A stretch of 33,989 nucleotides of DNA, taken from the sequence record SRR22947725_6754; one strand, 5' to 3'. The position numbers and the translations under genes were made by a program. The notes under the pieces are model-generated. The model was not told the origin of the DNA. It saw nothing but the letters and a program-made list of their open reading frames with translations, and did no database searches. Positions 29,485 to 33,989 of the stretch are shown here, in pieces; positions within the stretch are counted from its first letter, which is position 1; each line of letters starts with the position of its first letter.

Positions 29485-29736
29485 TCAGGAGGATCTGCCC
29501 CTCCCCCAGTGCCTGACGCTGCCCCGCGGGATCGTCTGCCAGGCACGCTCATGCAGGTAGTAAATAAGGAATTTACCAAAAAACTCGATACCACCGACCT
29601 TGAGAGCCGTCTGGGTCTCACCGGTCACCCACCAAGCAATCACGATGGTCGTCAGGGTGGCAATGATGCGCCAAGACAATCCTTTAAGAACGCTGCGTGA
29701 GTGTGATTCTTTGAAATTATTTGCTTCGGTTGTCAT
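29485..29736 (-). CDS. DUF2061 small membrane protein
   Basis: ESHSRSVLKGLSWRIIAT...KFLIYYLHERAW is the family signature; two hydrophobic segments. Confidence 0.85.
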   Translation of the reverse strand: MTTEANNFKESHSRSVLKGLSWRIIATLTTIVIAWWVTGETQTALKVGGIEFFGKFLIYYLHERAWQTIPRGSVRHWGRGRSS

Positions 29737-29949
29737 GTTTCAATCATCAAACTGGGTGACTGTCGCTATACTTGAGATGAAAAAGCAATAAAGGCTTTAT
29801 CGATTGAGCAGGACGTTAGTCTCGCTCAATGAAGGAAACAAGTTCAAAAAGTAAGCACCAAAAGTGACTGGATTTCATCTCTGGAAATTGCATTTGATGC
29901 GGTAGATGAGATGGTGCCCCATAAAACCAAGTCCATTTTTTCACAAACA

Positions 29950-31860
29950 ATGAGTATGATCATAGGCATCGATTTAGGCACAACCCATTCAGCGGTTGCT
30001 GTGGTGGACGCGGGATTTCCGCTTGTCCTCGCGGATCAAAATGGCAAACGGCTGACTCCTTCGGTTGTTTATTTTCCAAGCGACCATCAAGAGCCACAAG
30101 TTGGGCTTGATGCTGTTCGTATGCAAACCGTGGCACCAGCTCGAACCATTTATTCCGTCAAACGCTTCATGGGGCGTCGCTCAGATGATTTGTCGGATAA
30201 TGAGAAACGGGTGGATTATTCCATTTCTCATCATCCGGGCGAACGTATCAAAATCCTGTTGAAGGACGACGCATTTTCTCCCGAGCAGATTTCAGCTGAA
30301 ATCCTGAAATCTCTCAAACGCACAGCGGAATTGTCCATGGAGTGCAGCATTGAACGGGCTGTCATTACTGTTCCGGCGTACTTTAATGATGCCCAACGTC
30401 AAGCCACGATCGAGGCTGGCAGATTGGCGGGTCTGAAAGTAGAAAGGATCATCAATGAGCCAACGGCTGCAGCCCTGGCTTACGGACTCGATCGTCTCAA
30501 GGATCAATCAAAAATTGCGGTTTACGATCTTGGAGGTGGCACCTTTGACATCACGCTTCTGGAATTGTCGGAGGGCATCTTCCAGGTAATTTCCACTCAG
30601 GGAAATACCTGCCTGGGCGGCAATGATATTGACCAGGCCATACTTGATCATTTTTTGAATATCGTTCGCAAGGAATCATCCGAGAACATAGCCGCATTCA
30701 AGGAGAATAGTCTTCCTCGGCTAAGGGAGGCAGCAGAACAAGCTAAGATTGCTTTGTCCGCCGAAACAGTCGTCTCTGTCGAACTCCCGTTCCTGACACC
30801 TGATTACCATTTTAAAACAGAGTTCACACGGGATCAACTGGAGAAGATCGCCAGCCCCATCGTGAATCGAACTCGATCCCATTGCATTCGAGCACTGTCG
30901 GACGCAGGGCTTGCATCCTCGGATCTGGATCAGGTGGTAATGGTTGGAGGTCAAACCAAAATGCCTTTGGTCAGGAACCGGGTATCAGATTACTTTCAAT
31001 GTGCTGATTTCGAGGAAACTCGTGGTGACATACGACTTGGAGACTCATTCCACGAATCGAAAGGTCCTGAGCTGAATACCAATCAGAATCCCGATGAGGC
31101 CATCGCCCTTGGAGCCGCGATTCAGGGTGCCATGTTGTCTGGTCAAATGAACCAGATGACACTGCTCGACGTCACGCCGTTGTCGCTTGGAATTGAAACC
31201 TTTGGCGGTCTCATGAATGTGCTCATTCCTCGAAACTCAACGATTCCTGTGAAAGCGGGTGAAGTGTTTACCACTGCGGTCGCAAATCAAAGAGAAATGC
31301 TGATTCACACCCTGCAGGGCGAGCGAGAAAAGGCCAGAGACAACTGGAGTCTGGGCAGGTTTGTGATCCCATTTAAAAAAGCGCCAAAGGGTGTACCTCG
31401 CGTCGGCGTGCAGTTTGAAATTGACGCAAACGGCATCCTTCATGTCCTTGCGCGTGACATTCAAACGGGGAAGGAACAGCACCTTGAAATACGGTCTGCG
31501 ATCGATGTGGATGATTCAAAGGTCACTGAAATGGTGGAATCCTCCGTAGAACACGCCATGGATGATTTCGATGCAAGAAGATGGATCGAAACCAAGCTCA
31601 AGGCAGAGGATCTCCTCAAGGCTGTTAAGCAAAGTCTGGAGGACTGCAAGGAGGATATAGGCCCCGATTATACGGCAGAAATACAACAGGCTGTGGATGC
31701 TTTGAATCAAGTTTTAGCTCGTGAAAACGCGGATAAAAACACGGGGGATGTGGATGCATTGAAACAGGCGATCACCCTTCTGGATTCAAACACACAGAAA
31801 TTAGCTGAAGTGCAGATGGATAAAATTACCGAGCAATTAATGAACCAACAACATCAGTAA
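29950..31860 (+). CDS. Hsp70-family chaperone (DnaK paralogue / HscA-like)
   Basis: IIGIDLGTTHS, AVITVPAYFND, IINEPTAAALAYG, YDLGGGTFD, NPDEAIALGAA, linker LLDVTPLSLGIET and FEIDANGIL. It lacks the acidic C-terminal tail of canonical DnaK. Confidence 0.92.
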   Translation: MSMIIGIDLGTTHSAVAVVDAGFPLVLADQNGKRLTPSVVYFPSDHQEPQVGLDAVRMQTVAPARTIYSVKRFMGRRSDDLSDNEKRVDYSISHHPGERIKILLKDDAFSPEQISAEILKSLKRTAELSMECSIERAVITVPAYFNDAQRQATIEAGRLAGLKVERIINEPTAAALAYGLDRLKDQSKIAVYDLGGGTFDITLLELSEGIFQVISTQGNTCLGGNDIDQAILDHFLNIVRKESSENIAAFKENSLPRLREAAEQAKIALSAETVVSVELPFLTPDYHFKTEFTRDQLEKIASPIVNRTRSHCIRALSDAGLASSDLDQVVMVGGQTKMPLVRNRVSDYFQCADFEETRGDIRLGDSFHESKGPELNTNQNPDEAIALGAAIQGAMLSGQMNQMTLLDVTPLSLGIETFGGLMNVLIPRNSTIPVKAGEVFTTAVANQREMLIHTLQGEREKARDNWSLGRFVIPFKKAPKGVPRVGVQFEIDANGILHVLARDIQTGKEQHLEIRSAIDVDDSKVTEMVESSVEHAMDDFDARRWIETKLKAEDLLKAVKQSLEDCKEDIGPDYTAEIQQAVDALNQVLARENADKNTGDVDALKQAITLLDSNTQKLAEVQMDKITEQLMNQQHQ

Positions 31861-31949
31861 GGGGTGCAGCGCTCTTGAGCTGGGCGACGAATTTTGTCAG
31901 TCGATGATTGACCTGAGACCGTGACTTGAGATTAGGATGGAATCGAATT

Positions 31950-33167
31950 ATGGCAACACTGAAACCCTTCAAAGCAGTACGACCCAAAAAAGAACTGGCA
32001 CCCGATCTGTGCGAACTACCTTATGATGTGCTTTCATCTGCAGAAGCACGTGAAGCAGCAGCAGGTCATCCGCTCAGCTTTTTTCATGTCAGCAAACCTG
32101 AAATCGATCTTCCGGAGGGCACGGACCCTTACTCGGATGAAGTCTACTCAAAAGGGGCTGAGAACTTTCAAAAATTATTGAGCGAAGGCGCTCTTTATCA
32201 GGACGAAACCGCCTGTTATTACCTTTACCGTCAAATCATGGGCGATCACAGCCAGACAGGCATTGTCGCTGCTGCATCCTGTCAGGAATACTTGGATGAG
32301 ATTATCAAAAAACACGAATTCACACGCCCCGATAAGGAAAATGATCGCGTCCGCCATATTGAATCTTTGAACGCTCAAACCGGCCCGGTTTTCCTGACTT
32401 ACCGCTCAAACGATGTATTGAATCGTATCTTCGAGGAACAGTCATCAAAAGAGGCCTGTGTCGATATCACTGCCCCTGACGGCGTACGCCACACCGCATG
32501 GACGATCAGTGATGAACAGGTGATCCATCAGATCGAATCATCTTTTGAAGCTATTTCGACCCTTTACATCGCTGATGGACACCATCGTAGCGCCGCTGCC
32601 GGACGCATTTATGAATCCAGAAAAGGAGCAGGAAGTTCCGGCGGATTCCTGACAGTGGTTTTTCCTCATGATCAAATGCAAATCCTCGCCTACAACCGGG
32701 CAGTCAAAGACTTGAATGGCAGAAGACCTGAAGAAATCCTCTCTACTTTCGAGGGATTGGGAACTTTGGCTGAATCTGACACTCCAGTGGATCCTGAGTG
32801 TAAAAATGAATTGGGTGTCTACATGGGAAATCGATGGTACAGGTTTCAATTTGACGAGAAAGTCGCCAGTCGAGGTAATGCGGTTGAGCAACTGGATGTT
32901 TCACTGCTCCAGAATCACTTACTATCTCCTCTACTGGCGATTGAAGACCCTCGAAAGAGCACTCGAATCAGTTTTGTGGGAGGTATTCGCGGATTGGGTG
33001 AACTGGAAAAAATCGTTGACAGCGGCGCCTATGCTATCGCGTTCTCGATGCATCCAACACGCATAGAAGATTTGATGCAAATATCAGATGAGGGCGGTAT
33101 CATGCCTCCAAAAAGCACCTGGTTTGAACCCAAGCTCAGAGACGGCATGTTCACCCATCTTATATAA
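31950..33167 (+). CDS. DUF1015 family protein
   Basis: PYDV, IKKHEFTRPDKE, LYIADGHHRSAA, FVGGIRG and IMPPKSTWFEPKLRDG. Confidence 0.9.
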   Translation: MATLKPFKAVRPKKELAPDLCELPYDVLSSAEAREAAAGHPLSFFHVSKPEIDLPEGTDPYSDEVYSKGAENFQKLLSEGALYQDETACYYLYRQIMGDHSQTGIVAAASCQEYLDEIIKKHEFTRPDKENDRVRHIESLNAQTGPVFLTYRSNDVLNRIFEEQSSKEACVDITAPDGVRHTAWTISDEQVIHQIESSFEAISTLYIADGHHRSAAAGRIYESRKGAGSSGGFLTVVFPHDQMQILAYNRAVKDLNGRRPEEILSTFEGLGTLAESDTPVDPECKNELGVYMGNRWYRFQFDEKVASRGNAVEQLDVSLLQNHLLSPLLAIEDPRKSTRISFVGGIRGLGELEKIVDSGAYAIAFSMHPTRIEDLMQISDEGGIMPPKSTWFEPKLRDGMFTHLI

Positions 33168-33257
33168 TTGCAGCAAAGCAACGGCAAATCAGCATTGAAC
33201 AGCTCAAATAACGATTCACTTTCAAGTCAATTTCATATACTTTTATTTCAGCAAGGC

Positions 33258-33452
33258 ATGATTAAGCTGATCAACATCATAGCCAATCTGATTGGTAAGT
33301 TATTTGGACGCAACGACGACAAGTTGTCGCGGTCCAAGCTTGTCGGCATGTATCTGACGCGGACCAATCATAACAAATCCCTATCAGTCGAAATGCAACT
33401 CACTCGACAACGACGCAACGGCAAATTCTCGACTAAACGAGAGCGCAACTGA
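33258..33452 (+). CDS. Small basic hypothetical protein (64 aa)
   Basis: ATG preceded by AAGG. Amphipathic N-terminus MIKLINIIANLIGKLFG and an R/K-rich tail. It fills the gap between DUF1015 and ssrA on the same strand. Confidence 0.45.
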   Translation: MIKLINIIANLIGKLFGRNDDKLSRSKLVGMYLTRTNHNKSLSVEMQLTRQRRNGKFSTKRERN

Positions 33453-33593
33453 GCCGCCTGTCATCAACAATCTGATCAGTCAGGTGTGCGGTCGTGTGAT
33501 CAAAGTGAAACTTTGCTGGTGTTACTCCCTCGAAAAATAGATCAGGAAATAGCTTTCAGTGCACTATTTTCAGTCAATACCAGGATCCACTAC

Positions 33594-33622
33594 TTGACAT
33601 AAGTGCTCGGGATATGCAACTT
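33594..33622 (+). promoter_or_regulatory. Putative sigma70 promoter of ssrA
   Basis: Perfect TTGACA at 33594-33599 and a weak -10 (CAACTT) 17 nt downstream, 11 nt before the mature tmRNA 5' end. Confidence 0.5.
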
Positions 33623-33633
33623 GAAGACTTACT

Positions 33634-33989
33634 GGGGGCGTACTGGTTTCGACTGGGTAGATATGTCTGAGGTAGCATGCCGAGGATGGTTCGTTGGCCT
33701 CGTAAAAAATCGGACCAATAGCAATAACTGCTAATAATGATCTAGCTCTCGCAGCATAAAGTTCTGCGACGTTTCTCTGCTGACACCTGCTGGGTGGAAG
33801 AAACGCGATAGCAGGTTAGGTTCTGAGGGGAGACCGCGCGTGAAGAACCGAAACTTATTTCATGCGGACTACGATGAGTGACTCGTGCCGGATCGTCATC
33901 ACACATCGGAAATTTATTATCCGGACAAGCATGTAGAAGCTTCACGATAAGTTTGCTTAGGACGCGGGTTCAATTCCCGCCGCCTCCAC
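33634..33989 (+). ncRNA. ssrA: tmRNA; the last 2 nt of a possible encoded CCA end fall beyond the window
   Basis: 5' end GGGGGCGTACTGGTTTCGAC. The 3' end GACGCGGGTTCAATTCCCGCCGCCTCCAC provides the T-arm and an acceptor stem with a G3:U pair. The tag frame at 33730-33759 follows ATAACT and encodes ANNDLALAA-stop. Confidence 0.97.

Noticed and set aside
33742..33945. 67-aa minus-strand ORF
   Set aside because: It lies entirely antisense within the tmRNA gene.
1..33989. CRISPR arrays, transposases, integrases, prophage or anti-phage defence genes
   Set aside because: I saw no regularly spaced repeats and no corresponding protein motifs. The Hsp70, TPR and primase genes sit in a housekeeping context.

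Overview
A 34-kb bacterial chromosomal segment, mostly core and metabolic genes. It is probably from a Verrucomicrobiota/PVC organism, inferred from the tmRNA tag ANNDLALAA and the CotH, FG-GAP, DUF362 and TPR gene content. Housekeeping genes are clpC, aspS, cutA, hom-thrC-lysC, dnaG, a non-canonical Hsp70, DUF1015, and the tmRNA gene ssrA, whose 3' end coincides with the window end. They are interleaved with many poorly characterised sugar and sugar-acid enzymes: an enolase-superfamily protein with an N-acylglucosamine 2-epimerase, an aldo/keto reductase with a Zn-dependent dehydrogenase (L-galactose/L-galactonate-pathway-like), a secreted His-rich beta-propeller with a creatininase-family hydrolase, a DUF362-ROK kinase-PLP enzyme-SDR run, and a bacterial myo-inositol oxygenase. 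A lamin-tail/CotH kinase gene is split by a -1 frameshift at about 9609-9630. I saw no mobile element, CRISPR array, rRNA, tRNA or defence system. All calls come from reading motifs by eye; no database searches were run.
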